A stretch of 64,000 nucleotides of DNA. It comes from Bacillota bacterium (GTDB lineage: Bacteria; Bacillota; Clostridia; Lachnospirales; Lachnospiraceae). The stretch spans positions 55,399-119,398 of the forward strand of contig JAEXAX010000034.1 of NCBI GenBank assembly GCA_023458035.1, given 5' to 3'. Positions within the stretch are counted from its first letter, which is position 1. Every line of letters begins with the position of its first letter. The position numbers and the translations under genes were made by a program. The notes under the pieces are model-generated. The model saw only the letters and a list, made by a program, of their open reading frames with translations. It was not told the DNA's origin and made no database searches. Shown here piece by piece: positions 1 to 10,385 of this stretch.

Positions 1-360
1 TTTATTGAACTGGATAAGGAAGATGTTAAGTTAGAAAGCTTTGATACCGCCAAACGCCAGATCCCGGGACGAAAGGCCGGTCCGGCCACCAGGACCTTTC
101 GGGATCTGCGGGCTACCCTGACGGCGGAGCAGGTGCAGATCGAGGCGGCCAGATGCCTTGGCTGCGGAGCCAGCATCGTGGACGAAAATCGCTGCATCGG
201 CTGTGGTCTGTGTACCACCAAGTGCGAGTTTGACGCCATTCACCTGAGTCGGGATATTCCGGAGGCCAGCCGCATGCGTACTTCCGAGGATAAGCTGAAG
301 GGCATCCTGCCCTATGCGGCGAAGCGGGCGGTGAAGATTCTGCTGAAGCGGAAGAAATAA
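1..360 (+). CDS. 3' end of an Fe-S oxidoreductase gene (C-terminal 4Fe-4S dicluster domain). The 5' end lies upstream of the window.
   Basis: Frame 1 is open from nt 1 to the stop at 358-360. Ferredoxin-type Cys motifs are present (CLGCGA..., CIGCGLCTTKC). Confidence 0.6.
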   Translation, partial: FIELDKEDVKLESFDTAKRQIPGRKAGPATRTFRDLRATLTAEQVQIEAARCLGCGASIVDENRCIGCGLCTTKCEFDAIHLSRDIPEASRMRTSEDKLKGILPYAAKRAVKILLKRKK

Positions 361-413
361 AAACCTGATATAAAAGCAGAAATAAGAGAAGGAATGAAAG
401 TAGGAAGAGCAGC

Positions 414-758
414 ATGCATGAATTGGGGATCATCGTACATATCAGCAAGACTTTGGATGAGATCGCAGTGGAAAACGGTCTGACACAGATCGGTCGAGTG
501 ACACTGGAGATCGGCGAGGTCAGCGCCATCGTACCGTCCTATCTGACGGACTGCTGGGCTTACTATCGCCGATCCAGGCCGCTGATCGCTGAGGCCATGC
601 TTGAGATCGAAACCCTGCCGGCGGTTACGACCTGCCGCAGCTGCGGACAAAATTATGCGACCGTACAGTACGGACGCCGGTGCCCGCACTGCTTAGGCTG
701 GGACACCTATTTGTTGACAGGCGATGAATGCCGGATTAAAGAAATAGAAGCATGCTAG
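414..758 (+). CDS. hypA: Hydrogenase/urease nickel-incorporation metallochaperone HypA
   Basis: N-terminal MHE motif, ~114 aa, and two CxxC pairs (CRSCG...CPHC) typical of the HypA zinc site. Confidence 0.8.
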   Translation: MHELGIIVHISKTLDEIAVENGLTQIGRVTLEIGEVSAIVPSYLTDCWAYYRRSRPLIAEAMLEIETLPAVTTCRSCGQNYATVQYGRRCPHCLGWDTYLLTGDECRIKEIEAC

Positions 759-773
759 AAGGGGGATACGACT

Positions 774-1823
774 ATGTTATTTCATGTATATGGAGAAGGA
801 GCCGCATGGCAATGGCTGGCCATGCTGGGCGTATTGGCCGGCTTGATTGTGTTGAATGAATTTGCCAGACGGACAAAGCTCGGAGGAATCATCATGTTTT
901 GCGTGCTGCCGAGTGTATTGACGATTTATTTCATCGCTATTGCGATCGGCGCCGGCAGCGGAGCCGCCTGGGCGCTTGAAAATCAGACATATCTGTATAT
1001 GAACGGCTGGTTCCATTACGCCAAGCTATACGCTGCGCTGGCCGGTTGTCTGGGCTTTATGATGATCAAATATGAATGGGGCATCGGCCGCTGTCACTGG
1101 TTTAAGGTCTTTCCGTTCGCCATCGTGGCCATCAATATCCTGATCGCCGTAGCCAGCGATTTTGAATCGGCATTTAACGGCTGGTATAGCTGGTGGTTAT
1201 CCAGTGAAGGTGTTTGGCTGTACGGCGGCTGGCACAATGTATTAAACGGCATCGCAGGACTCATCAATATTTTCTGTATGACCGGCTGGTGGGCTGTATA
1301 TTCCTCGAAGGATAAAAAGGATATGATTTGGCCGGATATGATCTGGGTCTATATTATCGTCTATGATGTATGGAACTTTGCATATACATACAATTGTCTG
1401 CCGACTCATTCCTGGTTCTGCGGTGTGGCCCTGCTTTTGGCGCCGACCGTTGCCGCTTTATTCTGGAATAAAGGCGGCTGGATCATGAACCGGGCCAACA
1501 CCCTGTGTATCTGGTGTATGTATGCTCAGATCTTTCCGTTGTTTCAGGAGATTTTCAAAGACGGCAGCAAGACCTTCCCGTGGGCGACACTGCCCGTCCT
1601 CTATGCGGACGGCACCTTAAACGGCATTGCCGTCGGCGGTTCGGCCAATGCCAACCCGACCATGATGACGGTCTGGGCGGCAGCGGCTCTTTTGGTCAAT
1701 GCAGCGGCTCTGGCCTACATCATCAAGGCGGCTGTGATCAGGAAACGCAATCCGTACAAGGGTGAAATTTTTACCGATTTCAGATATTATAAGGAGGCGG
1801 CCGAGAGGGCTGTGGTAAAGTAG
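774..1823 (+). CDS. Multi-pass integral membrane protein of unknown function (Trp-rich)
   Basis: 349-aa ORF with many hydrophobic segments. No catalytic motif recognised. Confidence 0.55.
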   Translation: MLFHVYGEGAAWQWLAMLGVLAGLIVLNEFARRTKLGGIIMFCVLPSVLTIYFIAIAIGAGSGAAWALENQTYLYMNGWFHYAKLYAALAGCLGFMMIKYEWGIGRCHWFKVFPFAIVAINILIAVASDFESAFNGWYSWWLSSEGVWLYGGWHNVLNGIAGLINIFCMTGWWAVYSSKDKKDMIWPDMIWVYIIVYDVWNFAYTYNCLPTHSWFCGVALLLAPTVAALFWNKGGWIMNRANTLCIWCMYAQIFPLFQEIFKDGSKTFPWATLPVLYADGTLNGIAVGGSANANPTMMTVWAAAALLVNAAALAYIIKAAVIRKRNPYKGEIFTDFRYYKEAAERAVVK

Positions 1824-1869
1824 GGGGAGGCAAGCCAACACAAGGGCAAACCAATGCAAGGGGAAACAG

Positions 1870-3648
1870 ATGGAAGGGGAAACCATAAAAAAAGTACCGA
1901 CGCTGAAGCGACAGTTAACCATATTGATGATGCTGGCGTCAGCCTGTAGTCTGCTGACGGCCGGCGCGGCTGTTTTTTATGTGTTCTTTTCCGTGTTTAT
2001 GCAGAAAACCAGGGCGGATATGGAATACGTTTTGCAAAATACCGGCCAGCAGTATCAGGTTCATATGCAATTCATTGAGGACAGCGTTATTTCGATCCGT
2101 CATAATCCCATCTTAGATGATTTTTTTCATAAAGAGGAGTATGACAGGGGCCTGGAAGAGGATCAGTTATCCTACAGCATGGAGTTGTTTTCCGATCGAA
2201 ATATGGTCCAGAGCAAGCGGCCCTTTGTCACCGGTATTTATCTGTTTACCGGGCGGGGGGACTGTCTTTACCGTTTATACTATGCCACCACCCTGGCGGC
2301 AGGGCAGCAGGCACAGGAGCGCTACAGCCGGATGCAGCAGCGGTTTCGGGACAGCGGACGCCAGTATGAATGGATCGCTGAGGAGGATGATCTAAATATC
2401 TGTTTTCGGATCTATGATCATCAGATGCGGGAGAAGGGTATCGGCATCGTTCAGATCAGTCAGGCGGCGGTAGCGGAGATATTCTCGCCTGTGAAGGAAT
2501 ATCAGGACAGCGGCTGGGCGGTGCTGACGGCGGCTGGACAGATCTTGGTCGGTGAGGGCAGCGAAGAACTGTTAAAAAGCTATCAGCAGACAGAAACCGT
2601 CTGGAGCGGCAGTCAAAAGCTTGGAACGAATAAGGTGATCGGTCACGGGGCAAATTGCGGTTTTGGCCTGCGATCGGTGCTGACGGCCTCGGAATCAAAC
2701 GTCTTTGCCATCCTACAGCCGACCATGTGGATTTTGGCCTTTGGCCTGATTTTGGTATTGGTCATTACCTTTATAGTGGCCTACGCGGTCAGTCACCGAT
2801 TCACGAAGCAGGTGACAGGTATCATTGATCGGATTCGGGCCTTCGGTAAGCGGGATTTAAATGCCCGTATGGACGGGGCATCCGTTCAGGAGTTTCAGGA
2901 TATCGGAACGGTTTTCAATGAGATGGCCGACCGGATGCAGTACCTGATCACCGAAGTTTATGAGAAGCAGCTGCTGGCGACCCAGTCACAGGTCAAATAT
3001 CTGCAGTCACAGATAGATCCGCATTTTCAGTTTAACATCCTGGCTATGCTCAGTCTGAAAGCCAAGCTGGCCGGCAATGAGGAGCTGTATCAAGGCTTGC
3101 GTGCCTTTTCCAAACTGATGCAAGGCAAGATTTTTCGCGAACAGGAACTGCATATCCCGGTGCGCGAAGAGCTGGAGATCGTTCGGTTTTATCTATATCT
3201 GCAGAAGAGTCGCTACCAGGAAAAGCTGAGCTATGATATCGTTGTGGAGGATGAGAGTCTGGCGGACTGTCTGATTCCGCGGTTGTTGATAGAGCCATTG
3301 GTGGAAAATGCCGTTTCGCATGGCTTGGAGCCGAAGCGGGAACAGGGGAAGATCAGCCTGCGGCTGTTTCGGGTAACCGCCGCGGACGGGCGGCAGATGC
3401 TGCACATCTGTGTGGAGGATGACGGAGTCGGTATCTCGCAGGAAAAGATGCGGGAGGCGCATCAGGAACAGGATGAATCAGATGGCAGGATCGAGCATAC
3501 TCATACGGGCTTGCAGAACACTCGCCGGATGTTGGAGATATTATACGGAACTGCGCACCGGATGGAGATATGGAGTGAAGAAGGAAGAGGAACCAGAGTA
3601 GAGATCGTGATTCCGGCAGAAATGGAGGGGAACAGATGTGGAAAGTAA
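1870..3648 (+). CDS. Sensor histidine kinase, YesM-like (two TM segments, HAMP, LytS/YehU-type His-kinase, HATPase)
   Basis: Motifs QIDPHFQFN and LIEPLVENAVSHG. An N-terminal TM and a second TM precede a HAMP-like segment. The gene overlaps the downstream response regulator. Confidence 0.85.
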   Translation: MEGETIKKVPTLKRQLTILMMLASACSLLTAGAAVFYVFFSVFMQKTRADMEYVLQNTGQQYQVHMQFIEDSVISIRHNPILDDFFHKEEYDRGLEEDQLSYSMELFSDRNMVQSKRPFVTGIYLFTGRGDCLYRLYYATTLAAGQQAQERYSRMQQRFRDSGRQYEWIAEEDDLNICFRIYDHQMREKGIGIVQISQAAVAEIFSPVKEYQDSGWAVLTAAGQILVGEGSEELLKSYQQTETVWSGSQKLGTNKVIGHGANCGFGLRSVLTASESNVFAILQPTMWILAFGLILVLVITFIVAYAVSHRFTKQVTGIIDRIRAFGKRDLNARMDGASVQEFQDIGTVFNEMADRMQYLITEVYEKQLLATQSQVKYLQSQIDPHFQFNILAMLSLKAKLAGNEELYQGLRAFSKLMQGKIFREQELHIPVREELEIVRFYLYLQKSRYQEKLSYDIVVEDESLADCLIPRLLIEPLVENAVSHGLEPKREQGKISLRLFRVTAADGRQMLHICVEDDGVGISQEKMREAHQEQDESDGRIEHTHTGLQNTRRMLEILYGTAHRMEIWSEEGRGTRVEIVIPAEMEGNRCGK

Positions 3649-4376
3649 TAGCGGCTGATGATGAGGGCTATATCCGTGAGGCCCTGCAGAAGCTGATCAA
3701 CTGGGAACGTCTGGGCTGTCAGCTGGCAGCGGTGGCCGGCGACGGCCAGGAGCTGATGGAGCGGATCAAGGAGGAACTGCCGGATATCGTGATTACCGAT
3801 ATTCAGATGCCGGGAGCGGACGGCATCGCAGTATGCAAATATTTATATGAAATCAGTCCGGAAACTCCGGTCATTATCCTGACGGCTCACTCTGATTTTG
3901 AGTATGCCAGAGCGGCCATCCGCTATGATGCCTGTGAGTATGTGCTGAAGGTATCCATCATGGAGGAGCTGGAGGTGGCGGTGGAAAAGGCTATCGCCAG
4001 ACTGACCAGACTGCACCGGGAGGTGGAGAACGGCGAGGATGGCGGCGGTGAGAGTGCTTCGCTGATCGAACGCATTGACGCCTATATTCAAGAAAACTAT
4101 CGAAATAAGATTACGTTGGATGAAATGGCCGAGGCTCTGCACGTGAACCGCAGTTATCTGAGCCGGTTTTATAAGAGCAAACGGGAGGTCAATTTGTTCG
4201 ATGCCATCCTCCAGAGGCGGATTGAGGCGGCCAAGGACTGCCTGCTGCACACGGATATGAAGACCTATGAGATCTCCGAGGCGATAGGGGTGGAGGATGC
4301 CGGTTACTTTTCCAAGATGTTTAAGCGCAGCACCGGTTGTTCACCGAAGGAATATCGAAAGCGGGGCGGCAAATGA
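3636..4376 (+). CDS. Response regulator with AraC-type HTH output (YesN-like)
   Basis: Receiver motifs (DDE..., DIVITDIQMPGADG) and a C-terminal AraC HTH (LDEMAEALHVNRSYLSRFYK). Confidence 0.9.
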   Translation: MWKVIAADDEGYIREALQKLINWERLGCQLAAVAGDGQELMERIKEELPDIVITDIQMPGADGIAVCKYLYEISPETPVIILTAHSDFEYARAAIRYDACEYVLKVSIMEELEVAVEKAIARLTRLHREVENGEDGGGESASLIERIDAYIQENYRNKITLDEMAEALHVNRSYLSRFYKSKREVNLFDAILQRRIEAAKDCLLHTDMKTYEISEAIGVEDAGYFSKMFKRSTGCSPKEYRKRGGK

Positions 4377-5632
4377 GGGCCGGGCGGCGATTTTCCGTTT
4401 TGGCGGTACTGTTGGTCTGCAGTCTGTGGCTTACCGGCTGTCGGAGTCGGCAGGAGGTGCCGGTAAGCATTACGCTGATTCATTCCTGGGGCGGCACCGA
4501 GCCGGATCATGCAGTCATGCGATCAATTTATGAAGGCTTTCAGAAAAAATATCCGAAGATCCGCCTGCAGATGATTTCCATGCCGGGAGGCGAGGAAATG
4601 TTGCGTAAGGTAGAGGATATGATCATGGTCGGTAACGTGCCGGATGTAGTGAACTTCAGCGGTATAGGCAAAAATGCAACCTATGAATTTATGATTAATA
4701 ATCACATGGCGGTCGATCTGGCTCCTTTTATCAAAGAAAACAGTTTGTTTCGGGATAGCCTGTCGCAGTCTAATCTACGTTACTGGACGACCGCGGAGGG
4801 CGAGCTGTATTCGATCGCTGATGTGCTGACCCTAAGCGGAGGCTACTGGTATAACGAGACCGTTTTTAAGGAGGCGGGGATCAGTGAGCTGCCAAAGACC
4901 TGGGATGAGTTTCTTGCTATGTGTGAACGTATCCGCAGCTGGGCGGATACACAGGGCCGCAGTGTGCGGCCGTTACAGCCATCGGCCGAGGGTTACCTTT
5001 ATTTGCTGGATCATATGCTGGGAGAGCGGACGATCGGTAAGCAGCCATTTTTTTCGGCAGACTTGAAAAAGCAGCTGACCGGCATCTTTGCCCAGGCCGC
5101 TCCGGAAAGTCAGGACTATAGCTATCGGGATGAAACCAGCCTTTTCAATGAGGGGCGGCTTGGTATTTACATTAACGGTGTCTGGGGCGCTCAGATGATC
5201 GGCAGTCATGTGCAGGCCAGGTATGCTCTGTTCCCGGCTCATGATAAAGTTGCAACCGCCTGTGAATCAACCGCCCTGGGTTATGTGGTCGGAAAAAGCG
5301 GCGACGAGCGCAAAGAAGCAGCCGCCAAATTGTTTTTGGAATATATGGTCAGTGAAGAGGTGCAGACTCGGATACTACAGGAAACCGAGCAGATACCGGC
5401 CAATCCGCATATATCGCCGGAGGTGTTCCGCAACCAGAAGCCGCGGCTGTATCAGGCGGCCACTACGGTGTTGGGGGCAAAACAGAAGCTGGAGATCCCC
5501 GATAATTACTGGTCAGCCGAGGAGAAGCTGCTGCTGATGGAGAAGCTGCTGCCAACACTGAGCGGTGAGAGCAGCTGGCAGCAGCTGGAGGATGCTCTGT
5601 CGAAAAACGGAGTGCAGCAGCCGGTGCCATAG
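4373..5632 (+). CDS. ABC transporter extracellular solute-binding lipoprotein (carbohydrate family), probably partnered with the two-component system
   Basis: The ATGA overlap with the response-regulator stop gives the start MRAGRRFSVLAVLLVCSLWLTGC (lipobox). SBP_bac_1-like length and composition. Confidence 0.75.
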   Translation: MRAGRRFSVLAVLLVCSLWLTGCRSRQEVPVSITLIHSWGGTEPDHAVMRSIYEGFQKKYPKIRLQMISMPGGEEMLRKVEDMIMVGNVPDVVNFSGIGKNATYEFMINNHMAVDLAPFIKENSLFRDSLSQSNLRYWTTAEGELYSIADVLTLSGGYWYNETVFKEAGISELPKTWDEFLAMCERIRSWADTQGRSVRPLQPSAEGYLYLLDHMLGERTIGKQPFFSADLKKQLTGIFAQAAPESQDYSYRDETSLFNEGRLGIYINGVWGAQMIGSHVQARYALFPAHDKVATACESTALGYVVGKSGDERKEAAAKLFLEYMVSEEVQTRILQETEQIPANPHISPEVFRNQKPRLYQAATTVLGAKQKLEIPDNYWSAEEKLLLMEKLLPTLSGESSWQQLEDALSKNGVQQPVP

Positions 5633-5665
5633 GCGGTTTCGGCAGTGAAACAGAACCACCGTCAA

Positions 5666-5712
5666 AAAGATGGAATTTATTGCAGTAAGAGCAATGGATT
5701 CCATCTTTTTTG
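5666..5712 (+). terminator. Rho-independent terminator
   Basis: 11-bp stem AAAGATGGAAT/ATTCCATCTTT followed by a T-run. Confidence 0.7.
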
Positions 5713-5832
5713 CATAAAAAGGTCAATAAAGTTCAAAAAGTGGTCAACAGTCCTCGTTCAAAATATATAAAAAGATGAGTAAAATATAGACATAAAAGGG
5801 AAAAGCCAACAAAGACAAGGAGGAATAACAAT

Positions 5833-7167
5833 ATGAAGAAGAGACTGGTAAGTGTACTGTTGGTAACGGCCATCGGTATGGGGCTGCTGGCAGGCTGCGG
5901 TGCTAAGCAGAGCGGCGACAAGACAAAGAGCGCAGATGTAACTAAGAGCGGTGAGGGCACTAAAAGCGGCAGCGCGGAAGCGGTGCTGGAATTTTATCAC
6001 GGTTATTTCCAGGCGGAGAGTGAGTGGCCGGCAGCCAAGGCCATGAGAGATATTTATGATGAATTTGGGAAGACTCATGCGAAGGGCAATATTAAGTTTA
6101 AACCGATCGCAGTAGAAAATCGCGACGAACTGGTGAGCGCTCAGGTAGCCGGCGGCAAATTCCCGGATATCGTGGATGTTGGCGGCGACGGTGTTCCGCA
6201 GGCAGCCATTGCTCAGGGACTGGTTTATGATCTGAAGCCGTATATCGACAAAAATAATCTGAAGGATGCCGTAGGTCTGAACTATACACAGCAGGATCAG
6301 GACGGACATATCTATTCTGTGCATGATCAAATCGAAAGCCGTGGTCTGTGGTATAATGCGAAGTTATTTGAGAAAGCCGGCCTGACCAAGGATGTCTTCG
6401 CAGACTGGAAGGCCTTTAGCGAGGGCATGGGTAAGATCAGAGATTTAAAAGATGAATCTTACGGTTATATCGCCGGCCAGGGATCCAGTTATGTGCTGAA
6501 TACCATGCTGGCAGCTACTGAAAACGGCCGCAAGATGATTAACTCCAAGCTGACGGCAGAAACCATTCAGTCAGAAGAATTTGCGGCTGCTTTTAAAGAA
6601 GTGGCAAAGATGGATCAGGAAAACGGCTCCAAGCATACCACAGATGATATCGGAAATCTGATGGCCGAATTCAATACCAACGGAAAAGTCGGTGTTTTAT
6701 TCAACGGTGTTTGGAATGCCAGCGGTATAGACGCTTCCTTAAAGGACGCCATTGAGCCGACCTTATTCCCGGGTGACATCGCCATCGCATCAGCCGGCGG
6801 CGGTATTGCAATTTCCAATAAGATGAGCGAAGAAAAGACTGCTCTGGCGCTGGAATTTGTGAAGTACATGACCAGTCCGGAGGTACAGGAGAAGATATTT
6901 ACCCAGGTACAGGCGCATCCGTGTAACGTGAAGGTGGATCTGAACGCACTGGCCGAGAAGAGCGGCGATGTAGCCACCAAGAAGCTGGCGATCGCCTGTG
7001 ATCAGGTTAATAAAGCCAAGACCATCGTAATTGATTTTAACTACACCTGGGGCGGCGATGTTGATAAAGCCATCATCAATGCGCTGATGGAATGTGCGGT
7101 ATCCGGTGCCGACATCAATGCAAGATTTGAACAGCTTCAAAAAGAGTTGCTGGCTATGATCGGATAA
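5833..7167 (+). CDS. ABC sugar transporter solute-binding lipoprotein
   Basis: Strong RBS AGGAGG. Signal peptide plus lipobox LLAGCG. SBP-like sequence. Confidence 0.85.
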   Translation: MKKRLVSVLLVTAIGMGLLAGCGAKQSGDKTKSADVTKSGEGTKSGSAEAVLEFYHGYFQAESEWPAAKAMRDIYDEFGKTHAKGNIKFKPIAVENRDELVSAQVAGGKFPDIVDVGGDGVPQAAIAQGLVYDLKPYIDKNNLKDAVGLNYTQQDQDGHIYSVHDQIESRGLWYNAKLFEKAGLTKDVFADWKAFSEGMGKIRDLKDESYGYIAGQGSSYVLNTMLAATENGRKMINSKLTAETIQSEEFAAAFKEVAKMDQENGSKHTTDDIGNLMAEFNTNGKVGVLFNGVWNASGIDASLKDAIEPTLFPGDIAIASAGGGIAISNKMSEEKTALALEFVKYMTSPEVQEKIFTQVQAHPCNVKVDLNALAEKSGDVATKKLAIACDQVNKAKTIVIDFNYTWGGDVDKAIINALMECAVSGADINARFEQLQKELLAMIG

Positions 7168-7176
7168 CAGACAATG

Positions 7177-7209
7177 ACCGGGAAGGAAGCGATTCCTTCC
7201 CGGTTTTAT
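7177..7209 (+). terminator. Intra-operon hairpin/terminator between the SBP and permease genes
   Basis: Perfect 12-bp stem ACCGGGAAGGAA/TTCCTTCCCGGT with a GCGA loop, then TTTTAT. Confidence 0.7.
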
Positions 7210-7229
7210 ATCCATTAGATAAGGAGCAG

Positions 7230-8168
7230 GTGAAAAAAGTGAAAAGAAAGAACAAAATGAAACTTCGCAGGTCTGGCTTCATCTGTGCATTCCTGGCACC
7301 GACGATGATCATGTTCTGTGTTTTTTATTTATATCCGCTGGTAACCGTTATTTATACATCATTTTGCCGTTGGGACTTTACCAACATTACAAAACCGGAG
7401 TTTTTCGGATGGAAGAATCTGTGGGAAAACTATACCTATATTTTTCGCACCTATCCGTTTTTCTGGGAGGCTCTCAGAAATTCATCGATCTGGGCGCTGC
7501 TCGGCGCTCTGGTGCAGATCCCCATTTCGACGTTTATCGCCCTGGCTCTGTCCAGAAAGATGCGTGGTGTCAAGCTGATTCGGAACATTTATATCATTCC
7601 GAATATGATCTCGACAGCTGCCATGGGTATTATTTTCCTGCAGCTGTATAATCCGTCCTACGGCATCGTAAATCCGGTCATTCGGCTGTTTAAGCCGGAT
7701 TTTACAGATAATATTTTGCTGTTAAAGGGTTCGGCCTTTATCGCCATGACCTGCGCCTATATCTTCTTTACCGGCACCACCACGCTGATGATCCTCGGCA
7801 ATGTGATGGCCATCCCGGAAGAAGTGCGTGAGGCAGCCATGCTGGACGGCGCCAGCGGTCTGAAGCAGGACTGGTATATTACCGTTCCCATGATCAAGGG
7901 AACCCTAAAGACGGTTTCTGTGTTGGCGGCCACCGCCGGTTTCCTGCTGTACAATGAGGTGTACTTCCTGACCAAGGGCGCGGCAGGTACCTACAGCATC
8001 AGCTATATCATTCGTGAGCTGGCCATCACCAGTCCGCGTACTCAGTTCGGCCGTGCCAATGCGGTAGCGGTGATCCAGATCATCGCCGGTATGGTGATCA
8101 TCCTGGTTGTCAGTCGGTTGTACCAAATGTCATTTAAGAAAAAACGAGCGGGAGGAGAAGGCTTATGA
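7230..8168 (+). CDS. ABC sugar transporter permease (MalF/LacF-like)
   Basis: Six hydrophobic segments and a BPD_transp_1-type loop (AAMLDGASGLKQDWYITVPMIKG). Confidence 0.85.
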   Translation: MKKVKRKNKMKLRRSGFICAFLAPTMIMFCVFYLYPLVTVIYTSFCRWDFTNITKPEFFGWKNLWENYTYIFRTYPFFWEALRNSSIWALLGALVQIPISTFIALALSRKMRGVKLIRNIYIIPNMISTAAMGIIFLQLYNPSYGIVNPVIRLFKPDFTDNILLLKGSAFIAMTCAYIFFTGTTTLMILGNVMAIPEEVREAAMLDGASGLKQDWYITVPMIKGTLKTVSVLAATAGFLLYNEVYFLTKGAAGTYSISYIIRELAITSPRTQFGRANAVAVIQIIAGMVIILVVSRLYQMSFKKKRAGGEGL

Positions 8169-9022
8169 AACCGATGCGAAGAAAGAAATCCTGTGTCCGC
8201 AATATGTCTACAACCACCCGTATCGTGACCTGGCTCTGCCTGGGCTGGGCTCTGCTGGTGGCGGTGGTTCCCTTTTTCTGGCTGGTCCTGTCGAGCCTGA
8301 AAAAAGATCCGTTGGCCAGACCCGGCTTTCAGCTGCCGGAGAGCATACATCTGGACGGTTATATCTCAACTTTTCGTGATCTGCATGTGCTGCGCTACTT
8401 CGGCAACAGCCTGTTTGTTTCTGGTCTGTCAGTCCTTCTCAGCGTGGTGATGATCTCCATGTCGGCTTATGTTATTGCCCGAATGGAGTTTCGCGGCCGT
8501 AACCTGATCAGCTTTTTGCTGTATTCGACCATGTTTATTCCGGCCACAGCCTTAACATATCCGGTGTATAACCTGATCAACCGCCTGCATTTGTATGATA
8601 CCAGAGGAGCCTTGATCCTGATCTATTCCTGCAGCGGGATAGCCGTCAGCTTCTTTGTTATCAAAAATTATTATGACAACATTCCGAAAGAGCTGGAGGA
8701 AGCGGCGCGCATCGATGGCTGCGGCTATGTGCAGACCTGGCTGAAGATTATTTTCCCGATCGCCAGACCCGGCATCATGACGGCAGCGGTGCTGGCCTTT
8801 TTAAACAACTGGAACGAATACTACTGGGCGTCATTAGTCCTGATTACCAGAGAAAAGCTGACGGTGCCGGCGCTGCTGTCAACCTTTACCACATCATTTA
8901 CAACCAATTACAACGGTCTGTTCTCAGCCATGGTGATCATCGTCCTGCCGCCCATTCTGTTGTACTGCATCTTCAGTAAATTCTTTATCGAAGCGCTGTC
9001 CGGCGGAGCGGTCAAGGGCTAA
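8165..9022 (+). CDS. ABC sugar transporter permease (MalG/LacG-like)
   Basis: EAA loop EEAARIDGCGYVQTWLKIIFPIARPG. Start overlaps the upstream stop. Confidence 0.85.
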   Translation: MKPMRRKKSCVRNMSTTTRIVTWLCLGWALLVAVVPFFWLVLSSLKKDPLARPGFQLPESIHLDGYISTFRDLHVLRYFGNSLFVSGLSVLLSVVMISMSAYVIARMEFRGRNLISFLLYSTMFIPATALTYPVYNLINRLHLYDTRGALILIYSCSGIAVSFFVIKNYYDNIPKELEEAARIDGCGYVQTWLKIIFPIARPGIMTAAVLAFLNNWNEYYWASLVLITREKLTVPALLSTFTTSFTTNYNGLFSAMVIIVLPPILLYCIFSKFFIEALSGGAVKG

Positions 9023-9043
9023 GCAAAAGGAGGAAATGAATTA

Positions 9044-10348
9044 ATGAATCAGGAAATTAAAGAGCGGACCCGCTGGTTTATGGATGCCAGATTCGGCATG
9101 TTCATTCACTGGGGACTGTATGCCATTCCGGCCTGCGGCGAGTGGGTGATGTCGGAACGGGAAATGACGGTGGAGCAGTATGAGGAATATTTTCACCGTT
9201 TTGATCCGGTCGATTACGATCCCCGCGCCTGGGTGCGACTGGCCAGGGAAGCGGGCATGAAATATGTCGTATTGACGGCCAAGCATCATGATGGCTTCTG
9301 TCTGTTTGACTCGAAGCTGACGGATTATAAATCAACCAATACTAAGGCCGGTCGAGATTTGGTGAGAGAGTTCACCGAGGCCTGCCGCGAGGAGGGCTTA
9401 AAGGTCGGCTTGTATTTTTCGGTGATTGACTGGCATCATCCGGATTTTCCGAAATATGGGGATCGTCAGCATCCCATGCGCAATCGGGAGGAATATAAGG
9501 ATGAGCAGATTGATTTTGACCGCTACCTGCGTTATATGCACGGACAGATCGAGGAGCTGGTCAGCGGTTATGGTAAGCTGGATATCCTCTGGTTTGACTT
9601 TTCCTATGACGATATGGCCGGTGAGAAGTGGAAGGCGACGGAATTGATCCGAATGGTTCGCCGTCATCAGCCGGATGTCATCATTGATAATCGATTGGAG
9701 GGAGCCGGCGACTGCCATGGCAGCATCGTGACTGCCCGGCCATCGGAATACTGCGGCGATTTTGTCAGTCCGGAGCAGATCATTCCGAGTGAAGGGATCA
9801 GGGATGAAAACGGTGAGCCGCTGCCGTGGGAGCTTTGCGCGACCATGAATAATCACTGGGGCTACTGTCATTTCGATCGCCTGTATAAGAGTCCGCAGAT
9901 GCTGATCCGTAAGCTGGTGGAATGCGTCAGCAAGGGCGGTAATATGATCCTTAATGTCGGACCGGATGCCAGAGGCAACATCCCGCCGGAGAGTGTTCGT
10001 ATCCTGCGTGAGGTCGGCGCCTGGATGAAACAAAATTCCGAAAGTATTTACGGCTGCGGCCCGGCCGAGCTGGACAAGCCGGAATGGGGGCGTTACACAC
10101 AGAAGGGCAATGTTATTTACGCCCATGTGTACGAAGCGCCTCTCGGAGCCCTGGCATTGCAGGGAATCGCTCCCCACAGACTGAAAGAGCTGAGTTATCT
10201 GGCTGACGGCAGTCAGGTCAGACGGGGAGAGGCCTGGAATACCGCTCTTTATCCGGATGTGGCCTTTGTTTCTTTCGGCGAGGATCCGGTTTTCACCTAT
10301 CCATTGCCGGATGATAGGGATACGGTCTTAAAGCTGTGTCTATGTTAG
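9044..10348 (+). CDS. Alpha-L-fucosidase, GH29
   Basis: GH29 hallmarks FGMFIHWGLYA and LTAKHHDGFCLFDS. ~434 aa, no signal peptide. Confidence 0.9.
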   Translation: MNQEIKERTRWFMDARFGMFIHWGLYAIPACGEWVMSEREMTVEQYEEYFHRFDPVDYDPRAWVRLAREAGMKYVVLTAKHHDGFCLFDSKLTDYKSTNTKAGRDLVREFTEACREEGLKVGLYFSVIDWHHPDFPKYGDRQHPMRNREEYKDEQIDFDRYLRYMHGQIEELVSGYGKLDILWFDFSYDDMAGEKWKATELIRMVRRHQPDVIIDNRLEGAGDCHGSIVTARPSEYCGDFVSPEQIIPSEGIRDENGEPLPWELCATMNNHWGYCHFDRLYKSPQMLIRKLVECVSKGGNMILNVGPDARGNIPPESVRILREVGAWMKQNSESIYGCGPAELDKPEWGRYTQKGNVIYAHVYEAPLGALALQGIAPHRLKELSYLADGSQVRRGEAWNTALYPDVAFVSFGEDPVFTYPLPDDRDTVLKLCLC

Positions 10349-10385
10349 TCGGAGAATGCATAATAAAGCAGCGAGGAGAAAAACT

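Noticed and set aside
4337-4372. Upstream ATG (4337) as the start of the first solute-binding protein.
   Set aside because: It would overlap the response regulator by 40 nt and add a non-signal-like extension. The ATG at 4373 forms an ATGA overlap with the regulator stop and directly precedes a lipoprotein signal peptide.
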